Source: an uncultured Actinomycetes bacterium (GTDB lineage Bacteria > Actinomycetota > Thermoleophilia > UBA2241). Taken from it: 64,000 bases of DNA. The DNA lies in the NCBI GenBank assembly GCA_963725665.1, contig CAVRZA010000011.1, positions 160,001 through 224,000 of the forward strand, given 5' to 3'. Within the stretch, counting starts at the first letter, position 1. Each line of letters begins with the position of its first letter. Positions 1 to 9,459 of the stretch are shown here, in pieces. Made by a program: the position numbers and the translations under genes. A model generated the notes under the pieces. That model did not search any database and had not been told where the DNA came from. It saw nothing but the letters and a program-made list of their open reading frames with translations.

Positions 1-1915
1 AAGAGCAAGGAGCTGCCGCTGCCGGGGCTCGAGCTCGAAGGCGTCGTGCAAGCCGTCGAGTTCCTGCGCGCCCAGACGCTGGGCGAGAGCCCCACCACCG
101 GCAAGCGTGTGGTCGTCGTCGGCGGCGGCGACGTCGCCTTCGACGCCGGCCGCACCGCCTTCCGCTGCGGCGCCACCACGGTCACCCTCGCCTGCATCGA
201 GGACGAGCGCACCCTGCCGGCCACGGAGGAGGAGCTCGAGGAGGGACGCGAGGAGCAGGTGCACGTCGAGTACTCGCTCATGCCGGTCGAGATCCTCGGC
301 GCCGACGGCAGGGCGACCGGAGTGAAGCTGCAGCGCTGCACGCTGGGCGAGCCCAACGAGCGCGGGTGGCGTCCGCCGCTGCCTGTCGAGGGCGACTACG
401 TCACCATCGAGGCCGACACCGTGGTCTTCGCCATCGGCCAGGCTCTGGTCGACGACTTCCTCGCCGGCGCCGACGGCGTGACCCTCGAGAGGGGGCAGAT
501 CGCCATCGATCCCGACACGATGATGACCGTCGCGCATGGGCGTGTTCGCGGGCGGCGACGCGGCCGCCCAGGGCCCCTGGACCGCCATCGAGGCCATCGC
601 GGCCGGCCGCCGCGCCGCCCGCGCGATGCACGACTTCCTGCGCGGCGAGCAGCTCGTGCGCGTCTGGGACCAGGAGGCCGACAAGGTCAAGATCCCGCAG
701 ACCGAGCTGGCGCCGCTCGAGCCGCAGGCGCGGCGCGTCATGCCGACGCTGCCGGGGCTCGAGCGGCGCACCACGTGGCAGGAGGTGCGCATCGGCTACA
801 CCGAGGAGGACGCCGTCGCCGAGGCCAAGCGCTGCCTCGACTGCGCCGTCTGCTCGGAGTGCCGCTCCTGCGAGCTCGCCTGTCCGGCGAGCGCCATCGA
901 CTTCAGCCAGACGGCCACCGAACAAGAGGTCACCGTCGGGGCGATCGTCATCGCCAGCGGGCACCAGGAGTTCGACGCCTCGCGCAAGATCCCCCTCGGC
1001 TGGGGCCGCTACGACAACGTGCTCACGCAGAGCCAGCTCGCACGCCTCCTCTCGGCGTCGGGCCCGACCGACGGGGAGCTGACACGGCCCTCCGACGGGG
1101 CCGAACCGAAGAAGATACTCATGCTCCAGTGCGTCGGCTCGCGCGACTGCACCTCGACCGGCAACGAGCACTGCTCGGCCGTGTGCTGTCTGTTCGCCAC
1201 GCTGCACGCCTCGCTCATCAAGCAGCACCTCCCCGACGCCGAGGTGACGATCGCTTACACCGACCTGCGTGCGCCCGGCAAGGCGCACGAGGAGTACTAC
1301 CGCCTCGTGCAGGAGCGGGGCGTGCGCTACGTGCGCGGGCGCGTCGGTGAGATCCTCGAGGAGCGCGACAAGCGCCTGACGGTGCGTTTCGAGGACAGCT
1401 TCACCGGCACCAAGGTGGAGGACACCTACGACCTCGTCGTGCTCTCGGCCGGCCTCGAGGCCTCGGCGGGCACGACGCAGATCGCGCGCGTGGCCGGTCT
1501 GCAGCAGGGTGCGGCGGGCTTCATCAAGGAGTACCACCCCAAGCTGCGCCCCGTCGACACGCAGCGCAGCGGCATGTTCGTCGCCGGCACGGCGCAGGGC
1601 CCCAAGAGCATCCCCGACTCGATCGCCCAGGCCAAGGCCGCCGCGGCGCGGGTCGTCTCGATGCTCTCCACCGGCTTCGTGCTCACGCCGGCTCAGGTCG
1701 CCGCGAGCGACCCCGAGATCTGCATCGGCTGCGGCGTCTGCGAGACCGTCTGCCCGCAGGCCGCCGTCACGCTGACGGTCGGTCCCGACGCGCACTCGGT
1801 CGTCGACGCCAACATCTGCCGCGGCTGCGGCATCTGCTCGGCGGAGTGTCCTTCAGGGGCCATCCAGTTGGGCGGCTTCTCCGATGACGAGATCCTCGCC
1901 GAGGTGCGGCTGTGA
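1..1915 (+). CDS. hdrA: HdrL-type heterodisulfide reductase subunit A (HdrA with inserted GltD-like NAD(P)H/FAD domain); 5'-partial, one frameshift near 529
   Basis: ORF 46-1350 begins with a GltD-like VVVVGGGDVAFD...VFAIGQ segment. The frame then shifts to ORF 536-1915: GVFAGGD...EAKRCLDCAVCSECRSCELACP, HdrA motifs QCVGSRD, HCSAVCC and FVAGTAQGPKSI, and two C-terminal CxxCxxCxxxCP clusters. Confidence 0.85.
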
Positions 1916-2466
1916 GTGCCGCCGCGACGGACACGACGACTAGTGGTGCAGCGGCGGTCGCGACTGCGGGGTGCACGCCTGTCGCGACCGTTGCCAAGTC
2001 GCACGCCGACGGCGAGATCGCCGCGCAGGCTCAAGCGGCAGCGGCGAGCGCGGCGGAGCGCACGATCGTCGCCTTCTGTTGCCGCGAGTGCGCCTACGCC
2101 GCGGCGGACGCCGCGGCCAACGCGCGCACCCCGCTGCCGCCCTCGGTGCGTCTCGTCCTGGTGCCTTGCACCGGCCGAGTCTCGCCGCTGCACCTGCTGA
2201 CCGCCCTCGCCCAGGGCGCCGACGGCGCCATGGTCGCCGGCTGTCTGCTCGGCCAGTGTCACTACCGCGAGGGCAACTTCAACGCCGTCGACCGGGTGGC
2301 GTTCACGGCCCGTCTGCTGGAGTCGGTAGGCGTCGAGCCAGAGCGCGTGCGCATGTTCACGATGAGCGCCGGCGAGCCGCCCAAGTTCGTGGCCGCGGTG
2401 CGCGAGATGGACAGGGTGATCGGTGGCCTTCCGCCGCTGCAGCGCGACGCCATGAAGGAGGCCTGA
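1912..2466 (+). CDS. mvhD: MvhD-like [2Fe-2S] hydrogenase/Hdr adaptor subunit
   Basis: AFCCRECAYAAAD, VPCTGRV and GCLLGQCHYREGN motifs; GTGA overlap with the upstream stop codon. Confidence 0.9.
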   Translation: MSAAATDTTTSGAAAVATAGCTPVATVAKSHADGEIAAQAQAAAASAAERTIVAFCCRECAYAAADAAANARTPLPPSVRLVLVPCTGRVSPLHLLTALAQGADGAMVAGCLLGQCHYREGNFNAVDRVAFTARLLESVGVEPERVRMFTMSAGEPPKFVAAVREMDRVIGGLPPLQRDAMKEA

Positions 2467-2471
2467 GAAGC

Positions 2472-2927
2472 ATGCCGCTGACGAACCGCGGACGCGAGAT
2501 CCTCGTGCGCGTGCCGGGCGCGTCCTTTCACAGCGGACACAACATCGGCTGCGAGATCGTGCGCCACGAGGAACTCTGCGTGGGCTGCGGCACCTGCGCC
2601 AAGAACTGCCCCACGGGGGCCAGCGAGCGCGGCGCGACCTTCGACGTGAACCAGCTCCTCGACGCCCCCGAGGGAACGAGGCGTGGCGCGCTCGGCGCCG
2701 CGCTGCGGCGCCTGGCGCGCCACGCCCCCGCGGCCGAGATCGAGGTGCCCGAGCGGGTCACCGTCTTTCGCACCATCGTTTACGACGCCGAGGCGTGCCT
2801 CGGCTGCGGCACCTGCGCGCGCAACTGCCCGGCCGATGCCATCGAGGCGCTGCCGCCGAACGTCGCTCCACAGGCCGGAGTCGGCACCGCCGCGCCGGCC
2901 GAGGCGACGACGGGGGTGACGTCGTGA
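2472..2927 (+). CDS. 2x[4Fe-4S] ferredoxin-like protein
   Basis: ATG at 2472; CVGCGTCAKNCP and CLGCGTCARNCP motifs separated by a long insert. Confidence 0.85.
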   Translation: MPLTNRGREILVRVPGASFHSGHNIGCEIVRHEELCVGCGTCAKNCPTGASERGATFDVNQLLDAPEGTRRGALGAALRRLARHAPAAEIEVPERVTVFRTIVYDAEACLGCGTCARNCPADAIEALPPNVAPQAGVGTAAPAEATTGVTS

Positions 2928-5614
2928 GCGCCGTCGGCACGAACGGCAACAACGGGGCGTCGGTCGCCCCCGCCGACACGGCTGCGACGGGCCCGAGCGT
3001 ACACGGCGCCGCCGGTGTTGCCGGCGGCGAGTCGCCGGTGCTCATCCTCTGCGAGTGCGCTGGGACGATGCCCAACATCGACTTCGCCGGCCTCGAGGAC
3101 GCCTTCGCCGAACGCGCCGAGGTGCTGAGCGGCCGTCACTGGTGCAGCCGCGAGGGCCAGGCCCGTCTGCTCGAGCTGATGGAGGCCGGCGATGGTCGCC
3201 AGCTCGTCTTCGCCGGCTGCTCGAAGGACTTCGCCAACCGGCGCTTCCACCGTCTCATGATGCGCGGGCTCGAGCTCGAGGTCGCCGACATCCGCGAGGG
3301 CTGCTCGTGGGCGCACGGAGCCGTGCGCGGCACGGAGCAGCCGCTCGACGAGATGGCCGCTGTGAGCGACAAGGCGGCGCGCATCATCGAGGCCGCCCTG
3401 ACGTACCCCGCGCCGGCGGCCGACCGCCTCGCCCGCGAGCGTCGCCGCGACTCGGTGCTCGTGATCGGCGGCGGCGTCACCGGCACGCAGGCCGCCTGCG
3501 AGCTGGCCCAGATGGGCCACCACGTCGACCTCGTCGAGACGCGGCCCTTCCTCGGCGGCCGCGCCGCTCGCATCGGCACCGTCTTCCCGACCAACGACTG
3601 CGGCCAGTGTCTGCCGACGACCGACGCCCAGGCCGGCGTGCGCAAGTGCTTCCACCGCAACCTCGCCATCGACGACCCCAAGCTGCACATCTGGCGCCGC
3701 GCCTCGGTCGAATCGGTGGACGGAGGGGCCGGCGACTTCGAGGTCGTCGTGCGCCGCCTGCCCAACATCGTCACCGACGCCTGCATCAATTGCGGCGCGT
3801 GTGAGACGGTCTGTCCCGAGATGAGCGCCGACGGTATGAACAAGGCCATCTACACGGAGTTCTACGACGGCCGCGTGGTGCGCACGGTCGACCTCGAGAC
3901 GTGCAGCTTCTGCGGCGCCTGTGTCGAGGCCTGTCCCGTCGAGGCCATCGACTTCGACCAGTCGCCCGAGCGCATGACGCTGCAGGCGGGCGCCGTCCTC
4001 ACAGCCATCGGCTGTGAGCCGGCGCCAGCCGAGCTCGTCACGCACCTAGGCTACGGCCACGAGCCGGTCGTCACGCAGACCGAGCTCGCCGAGCTTCTCG
4101 ACGACTGGGAGGCGCAGTCGGCCGAGGGACGCGCGCCGGCCAAGGAGCTGGTCATGATCCAGTGCGCCGGCTCACGCGACCGCCGTCGCCTGCCCTACTG
4201 CTCGCGCCTCTGCTGCATGATCGCCCTCAAGCACGCCATCCGCCTGCGCATGCTGTTCCCAGAGATGAAGGTGACCATCTGCTACCTCGAGTTGCGCGCC
4301 GCCGGCATCGGCTACGAGAACTGGTACCTCGAGGCGCGGCGTGCCGGGGTCGAGTTCCTGCGCGGCACGCCGCCGGAGGTGCAGTTCGACGAGAACGGGC
4401 GACCGGTGATCGAGGTCGACGACATGTCGGCAGGACGCAAGAGGACCCTGCGCCCCGACCTCGTGGTGCTCTCGAGCGGCATGGTCCCGGCGAACGACAC
4501 GCGGCGCATCGCCGAGGCTCTGCAGATCGAGCGCGACGAGGACGGCTTCATCGAGATCCTCGACCGCAAGAACCGGGCCACGGAGACCACGCGCGAGGGC
4601 GTCTTCGTCGCCGGATCGGCGGCGGGCCCGAAGGCCCTGGTGGAGTGCAACACGGAGGCCTCGGCGGTGGCCAGCGAGATCCACAACTTCCTCGCCAGCG
4701 CCGGGCGCCGCAGCGCGCCCGCCTCCGTCGTCGACGCGGCGATCTGCGTCGGCTGCGACATCTGCTTCGATGCCTGCCCCTTCAACGCCATTTCCCTGGT
4801 GGAGCGGCCGGCCGACGCGCCGCGTCCGGCTGAGGTGAAGGATCACGGCAAGCTGGCCGTCATCGACGAGGAGGCCTGTCACGCTTGCGGCATCTGCGCC
4901 GCCAACTGCCCCGAGATCGCCATCCGCCACAACCTCGCCGACGAGGCGCTCTTCGGCCGCCTGCGGATCATCACTGAGGGCGTCGACGAGCCCATCGTCG
5001 GCTTCTACTGCAAGGAGTGCGCCGGCGCCGCCATCAGCCTGGGCGGCCTGCGCCACGACAGCTACCCGCCCAACGTGCGGCTGATCGAGCTGCCCTGCCT
5101 CGGGCGAGTGAGCGCCCTGCACATCGCCGAGGCCGCGCGCCTCGGTGCCAAAGGCGTGTTCCTCGCCGGCTGCGCCGAGGGGCGCTGCCAGTATCGGACG
5201 GGAGATTCCAGCGCCGTCGAGCAGGCGCGCCTGGCGGCCGAACTGCTCGAGGACGCCGGACAGCGGCTGCCGATCGAGCTCTGGCACCTGTGCGCCGTCG
5301 ACGGCGCCAGCGTCGGCCGTCGCATCCGCCGCTTCTGCGACCAGGCTCTGAACGATGGGGACCCGGCTAACGACGGCCCCGGCAAGCGAACGGAGCGCGG
5401 TGCGCGCGAGCTGGTGACGGTGGTCGCCGGCGAGGCGGCCTGCGAGGGAGGTGAGAGCAGTGCCTGCAGCTCGCTACTAGCGAGGCACATGAGACCGTTC
5501 GCCGGCTGGCGGACGAGTGCCGCCAGTGCTACCAGTGCGGCCAGTGCGTGGGGGCGTGCCCGAGCGGGTTCGAGCTCGAGGAAGGCCCGCGGCTCGTCGT
5601 GCGCCTCATTCTGA
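2924..5614 (+). CDS. hdrA: HdrA-like flavoprotein fused to a C-terminal MvhD domain (QmoB-like architecture); true 3' end probably near 5454
   Basis: GTG at 2924; ILCECAG, IREGCSW, IGGGVTG, FPTNDC, QCAGSRD and YCSRLCC motifs; four ferredoxin motifs; C-terminal GFYCKEC/PCLGRV/AGCAEGRCQY. Confidence 0.85.
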   Translation: MSAVGTNGNNGASVAPADTAATGPSVHGAAGVAGGESPVLILCECAGTMPNIDFAGLEDAFAERAEVLSGRHWCSREGQARLLELMEAGDGRQLVFAGCSKDFANRRFHRLMMRGLELEVADIREGCSWAHGAVRGTEQPLDEMAAVSDKAARIIEAALTYPAPAADRLARERRRDSVLVIGGGVTGTQAACELAQMGHHVDLVETRPFLGGRAARIGTVFPTNDCGQCLPTTDAQAGVRKCFHRNLAIDDPKLHIWRRASVESVDGGAGDFEVVVRRLPNIVTDACINCGACETVCPEMSADGMNKAIYTEFYDGRVVRTVDLETCSFCGACVEACPVEAIDFDQSPERMTLQAGAVLTAIGCEPAPAELVTHLGYGHEPVVTQTELAELLDDWEAQSAEGRAPAKELVMIQCAGSRDRRRLPYCSRLCCMIALKHAIRLRMLFPEMKVTICYLELRAAGIGYENWYLEARRAGVEFLRGTPPEVQFDENGRPVIEVDDMSAGRKRTLRPDLVVLSSGMVPANDTRRIAEALQIERDEDGFIEILDRKNRATETTREGVFVAGSAAGPKALVECNTEASAVASEIHNFLASAGRRSAPASVVDAAICVGCDICFDACPFNAISLVERPADAPRPAEVKDHGKLAVIDEEACHACGICAANCPEIAIRHNLADEALFGRLRIITEGVDEPIVGFYCKECAGAAISLGGLRHDSYPPNVRLIELPCLGRVSALHIAEAARLGAKGVFLAGCAEGRCQYRTGDSSAVEQARLAAELLEDAGQRLPIELWHLCAVDGASVGRRIRRFCDQALNDGDPANDGPGKRTERGARELVTVVAGEAACEGGESSACSSLLARHMRPFAGWRTSAASATSAASAWGRARAGSSSRKARGSSCASF

Positions 5615-6690
5615 CCGAGGACACCGAGGCGCTGCTCGAGAACGAGGACGTCTGGCGCTGCAGCGAGTGCGGGAGCTGCACCGACGCCTGCCCCATGGAA
5701 GTGCCGGTGAAGGACATGATGGGCGCCGTGCGCGCGCTGCAGCGCGCGCACGGCGCCCGCGCCTGCCCCGAGCGTCAGGCGGCCGAGATCGCCACCCGCC
5801 ACCTGCAGCGTCACGAGCGCATCGACAACCTCACCTTCGGCGTGGCGATGGCGGCCAAGGGCCACGTCCCCAAGGACGTCGTCGGCGCGGCGGAGGCATT
5901 CGGCAGCATCGTCACCGAGAGGCTGCGCGGCCTCGCCAGACGCGAGGGCTCGGCCGCGCCGGACTCGTCCGGAGCGGCGGCGGCGACCGCGGCAACCGCC
6001 ACGGACGCCGATCCCGAGACCGCACCCCAGCCGTTCTACGGCGGCTGCTCGCTGCCCCAGGACGCGGAGGCGCACCGGCTCACGCTGGGCGTGGCCGCGT
6101 CGTTGGGCGTTCCCCTCGTCGAGGAGACGGCGGCAGGCTGCTGCGGTCATCCGTCGCGCGGCCAGGTGGCGGCCAAGTACGCCAGCGGACGCCCCGTGCT
6201 CACCGCCTGCCCGGCCTGCGACGCCAGCCTGCGCGAGGCGCAGATCGACACGACGCCTCTCTGGGAGGCGCTGGTCGCGCGCGCCCGGCGCGACGAGCGC
6301 GCGCTGCTCACCGCGGCGCCCACGTTCGTGCCCTACGTCGGCTGCCTCGGCGAGCGCGACCGCGCGCTCGCTTCGCTCGCGGACGCGGCCGCGCTCGCCG
6401 GCGCCACGGTGCACCAGTCCTTCCCCTCGCTGCACGGTGGCTGCTGCGGCGCGCTGGGCGGCATGTATCGCGGCGAGACGACCACGACCCGCAGGCTGCT
6501 CGACTTCGCCGCGCAGAGGCAGGCGCCCGTGGTCACCACCTGTCTGCTGTGCCGTGACAACCTGCGCTCGGCGGCGAGACGGCGCCGCACGCCCGTCGAC
6601 ATCCACTTCTGGCCCGAGTTCTTCTCCGCAGCGCCGCAGAACGGCACTCAGGCGGCGGGGACCGCGACCGCCAAGGGAGAGGCCCGATGA
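5455..6690 (+). CDS. HdrC-like ferredoxin domain fused to divergent CCG (HdrB/HdrD-like) domains; start uncertain
   Basis: The in-frame CRQCYQCGQCVGACP (from about 5518) lies upstream of the called start at 5548. Also WRCSECGSCTDACP, AGCCGH...TACPAC and GGCCGA...TTCLLC. Confidence 0.75.
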   Translation, partial: EQCLQLATSEAHETVRRLADECRQCYQCGQCVGACPSGFELEEGPRLVVRLILTEDTEALLENEDVWRCSECGSCTDACPMEVPVKDMMGAVRALQRAHGARACPERQAAEIATRHLQRHERIDNLTFGVAMAAKGHVPKDVVGAAEAFGSIVTERLRGLARREGSAAPDSSGAAAATAATATDADPETAPQPFYGGCSLPQDAEAHRLTLGVAASLGVPLVEETAAGCCGHPSRGQVAAKYASGRPVLTACPACDASLREAQIDTTPLWEALVARARRDERALLTAAPTFVPYVGCLGERDRALASLADAAALAGATVHQSFPSLHGGCCGALGGMYRGETTTTRRLLDFAAQRQAPVVTTCLLCRDNLRSAARRRRTPVDIHFWPEFFSAAPQNGTQAAGTATAKGEAR

Positions 6691-7367
6691 CCGAGAAGAC
6701 ACCCAGCCCCGCGAAGGAGACGCGCAAGGAGAATCCCTACGGCGCTCCCGCCGCCAACGCCTTCAAGCCTCGCTCGGCCGAGCGCAAGGACATCGTCACC
6801 ATGATCCTCGAGGACCCGCGCATGGTCGGACACACCGACGGCTTCCAGTCGTGCATCCAGTGCGGCATCTGCACGTCGGGTTGTCCGGCGGCGCGCTTCA
6901 CCGACTACTCGCCGCGCGAGATCGCCCGCAGGGCCCTCGACGGCGACGAGACGCTCCTCACCGACGACTCCGTGTGGTACTGCTACTACTGCTACACGTG
7001 CCAGAGTCGCTGCCCGCGCAAGAACAGCGTGGCGGTCATCAACCAGGTGATCCGCGGTTATCAGGTCGAGCACGGCCACGGTGCACCGCACGTGCAGCCG
7101 TTCGTCACCTGGTGCCAGCGCTTCTACGACGACGGCATGGGCGGAGATCCGCACCTCTTCTTCCCCGACATCATGGAGGCTTTCGGCCCCAAATACCGCG
7201 ACTACATGGAGCACCTGCTCGAGTTCCGCGAGGGGCTCGGCCTGGGGCCGCTCTTCCCCAACGAGAAGGCCGTCGCCGAGGTGCGCACCATCATGGAGGA
7301 GACCGGCTTTAAGGCGCGCCTGGAGAGCCTGGGCGCCTGGGCTGAAGAGCGTCCCGAAGACACGTAG
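6687..7367 (+). CDS. hdrC: Heterodisulfide reductase subunit C-like protein
   Basis: CIQCGICTSGCP and WYCYYCYTCQSRCP motifs; ATGA coupling to the upstream gene. Confidence 0.88.
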   Translation: MTEKTPSPAKETRKENPYGAPAANAFKPRSAERKDIVTMILEDPRMVGHTDGFQSCIQCGICTSGCPAARFTDYSPREIARRALDGDETLLTDDSVWYCYYCYTCQSRCPRKNSVAVINQVIRGYQVEHGHGAPHVQPFVTWCQRFYDDGMGGDPHLFFPDIMEAFGPKYRDYMEHLLEFREGLGLGPLFPNEKAVAEVRTIMEETGFKARLESLGAWAEERPEDT

Positions 7368-7411
7368 GAGCTCTCCCGGCTCACGCCTCCCCGAATAGGG
7401 GGAGACCGGCA

Positions 7412-7720
7412 CTAGCCACGCCCCCCACCCTGCGGGTCGCCCGCCAGCTGCGCTGAGTGCCAGACGGCGACGATCCACACGGTTTCCGACTTCACACGGT
7501 AGAAGAAGCGGTAGGGCGCGACCACGATCTCGCGGAAGGGCAGGTCGGGAAACTCCGGCAGAACGCGCCCCGACTCGGGAAACTTGCGCAAGCGCGACAG
7601 CGACGCCTCGGCCTGCGTGCGCATAGCCGCGGCTGCCGCCGGGTTGTCGGCGCGGATGTAGGCGAGGGCCGCGAGGAACTGCGCCCGAGCGGTGGGCGTG
7701 AACAGGACCTTTCGTCTCAC
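7412..7720 (-). CDS. Type II toxin, RelE/ParE family
   Basis: 102 aa basic protein with FPESGR...PYRFFYRV...VWH; start overlaps the antitoxin stop. Confidence 0.85.
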   Translation of the reverse strand: MRRKVLFTPTARAQFLAALAYIRADNPAAAAAMRTQAEASLSRLRKFPESGRVLPEFPDLPFREIVVAPYRFFYRVKSETVWIVAVWHSAQLAGDPQGGGRG

Positions 7721-7992
7721 GGCCTGCCGAGCAGCTCGTCAGCCTCGGCCAGCACGACCTCGAGGTCGTAGCCGCCACCGCCTTCGATCTCGGCCTCGCC
7801 GCGGGCCAGGAGGCGCAGGATCTCAAGCTCGTGCTGCGTGCGTGCGTAGGTCTGCGTGCTGACCATGACGGCGGCCGCCCGGCCGCGCTGCGTGATGAAC
7901 ACGGGCTCGTGCGAGCTCGCGGCCCGCTTGATGACGCCGGCGGCGTCCTGGCGTAGGTCGGAGATGGGCACGATATTCGGTACTGAAGCCAT
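7717..7992 (-). CDS. Type II antitoxin, Phd/YefM family
   Basis: PISDLRQ...EPVFITQRGRAAAVMVS motif; AGGAGG RBS at 8001-8006. Confidence 0.9.
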   Translation of the reverse strand: MASVPNIVPISDLRQDAAGVIKRAASSHEPVFITQRGRAAAVMVSTQTYARTQHELEILRLLARGEAEIEGGGGYDLEVVLAEADELLGRP

Positions 7993-8018
7993 TGACGATA
8001 CCTCCTAGGACACGACTA

Positions 8019-8037
8019 ACGGTACCACCAACGTACC
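8019..8037 (-). promoter_or_regulatory. Extended -10 (TGG TACCGT) overlapping a GGTAC-N7-GTACC inverted repeat; putative autorepression operator of the toxin-antitoxin pair
   Basis: The sequence acggtaccaccaacgtacc lies just upstream of the antitoxin RBS. Confidence 0.5.
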
Positions 8038-8182
8038 CACGAAGCCAGAGACGCTGCTATCGCTAACGTCGGGCTTCCACATCCCCGTGCATGCCCGACC
8101 TCAGCAGCATAGACCACCGGGCCGCTGGGAATAAGGAGAGGTCTAGTACGAGCCCCGTGGAATCCGAGGAGCGAGGGGGTAG

Positions 8183-8672
8183 GTGCCTCCAGCCTCATAC
8201 ATCGCCGAGCGACGAGGGTACCTGCTCGCGCTGGCGCGCATCTTCCTCGGTGTGCTCTTCCTGGAGACCTGGGTCGAGAACCTGGTCAAGGGACTGTACT
8301 GGACGAACGGCTACGCCGACTTCATCCGCAACTACGCCGACAAGAACGTGCTGCCCCTCTACCCCACCATCCTCGACAGGGTCGTGATCCCCCACGCCGC
8401 CTTCTTCAGCAAGGCGCAGATGTTCACCGAGCTCGTGATCATCGGGCTCTTCCTGCTCGTGGGGTTCCTTACGCCGGTCGCCGGCGTCGTCGCCGGGCTG
8501 TTCGCGCTCAACTTGCTGCTGGCGACGCGAGGCACGGGGGACTGGTGGGGGACCTACGCGACTGCTCGTCGTGCTCGGCTTTCTCGTCGGGCTGGCCCAG
8601 GCAGGACGCACGTGGGGCATCGACGCCCGGCTCGCCGACAGGAATCCTCGCCCCGGCCTGCCGCTCTACTAG
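8183..8672 (+). CDS. DoxX/TQO small-subunit-like membrane protein (frameshift near 8560)
   Basis: LARIFLGVLF...ELVIIGLFLLVGFLT; the shifted frame continues LLVVLGFLVGLAQAGRTWGIDARL to TAG at 8672. Confidence 0.7.
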
Positions 8673-9459
8673 CTCTCCGACCGTCTCGGGCGGGCGCGGG
8701 TGCCCCCGTCGAAGCCGCAGCGGTAGCCACAAGCGGACCAGGGTGACGAAGATGCCGCCGAAAGCCCCCACCGTGCCGCGCGCCGTGCCGGCGATCTTCG
8801 AGCGCCCGGCGCGCGGCCGACTGTGCGCCTCCACGAACGCGATGCGGGCGCCGGCAAGGTGGGCCTTGACGAGCATCTCCGTGGTCCAGGCGAACGGGCG
8901 CGGCTCCATCGTTCAGGCGGCGCAGAAGGCCGGCGTCGATGCCACGGAAGGGTCCGTTGTCGGGCACGTCGAGGTCGAAGAGCAGGCGCAGACACGCGGC
9001 GGCGAGGCGGTTGCCGAGGCGTTGGTGCGTGGGCATGCCGCGAGCGGCATGCCCACGCACGCCGATCACCAGGTCCGCCTCGCCGCGTAGCAGGGGCCCG
9101 ACGAGCAGGGGCAGGTCGCGCGGGTCGTCGCTGCCGTCGCCCTCCATGAAGACGACGGCGCCGGCGCCGCGCGCCAGCGCGGCGCCGGCGCCCGTCAGAC
9201 AGGCATAGCCGTACCCGCGCCGCGGTTCGTCGACGACCCGCGCGCCGCGCCTCTCGAGTAGCTCGCGACTGCCGTCGCGCGAGCCGTTGTCGACGAAGAC
9301 CGCGCGCTCGAGGAGCCCGGGCTCGGCCGCAAGCTCGGCGAGCAGGCCAGGCAGCGCCGGGGCCTCGTCCAGGACCGGGATGACGACCACCCACGGCGTC
9401 GGCTTTTGGGCCGTCCCGAAGCCGGTCTTCCTGCTACGCTCTGCTTGTGATGGGTCCAC
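8669..9459 (-). CDS. Glycosyltransferase family 2 (DPM1-like); frameshift near 8910, 3' end approximate
   Basis: VIPVLDEA, VDNGSRDGS, EPRRGYGYAC, FMEGDGSDDP and GPFRGI motifs; shifted frame gives FAWTTEM...RAGRSKIAGT. Confidence 0.8.

Noticed and set aside
1-7367. Selenocysteine in HdrA or MvhD
   Set aside because: The positions that are Sec in some homologs are Cys codons here, and TGA 5452 is not at a conserved Cys position.
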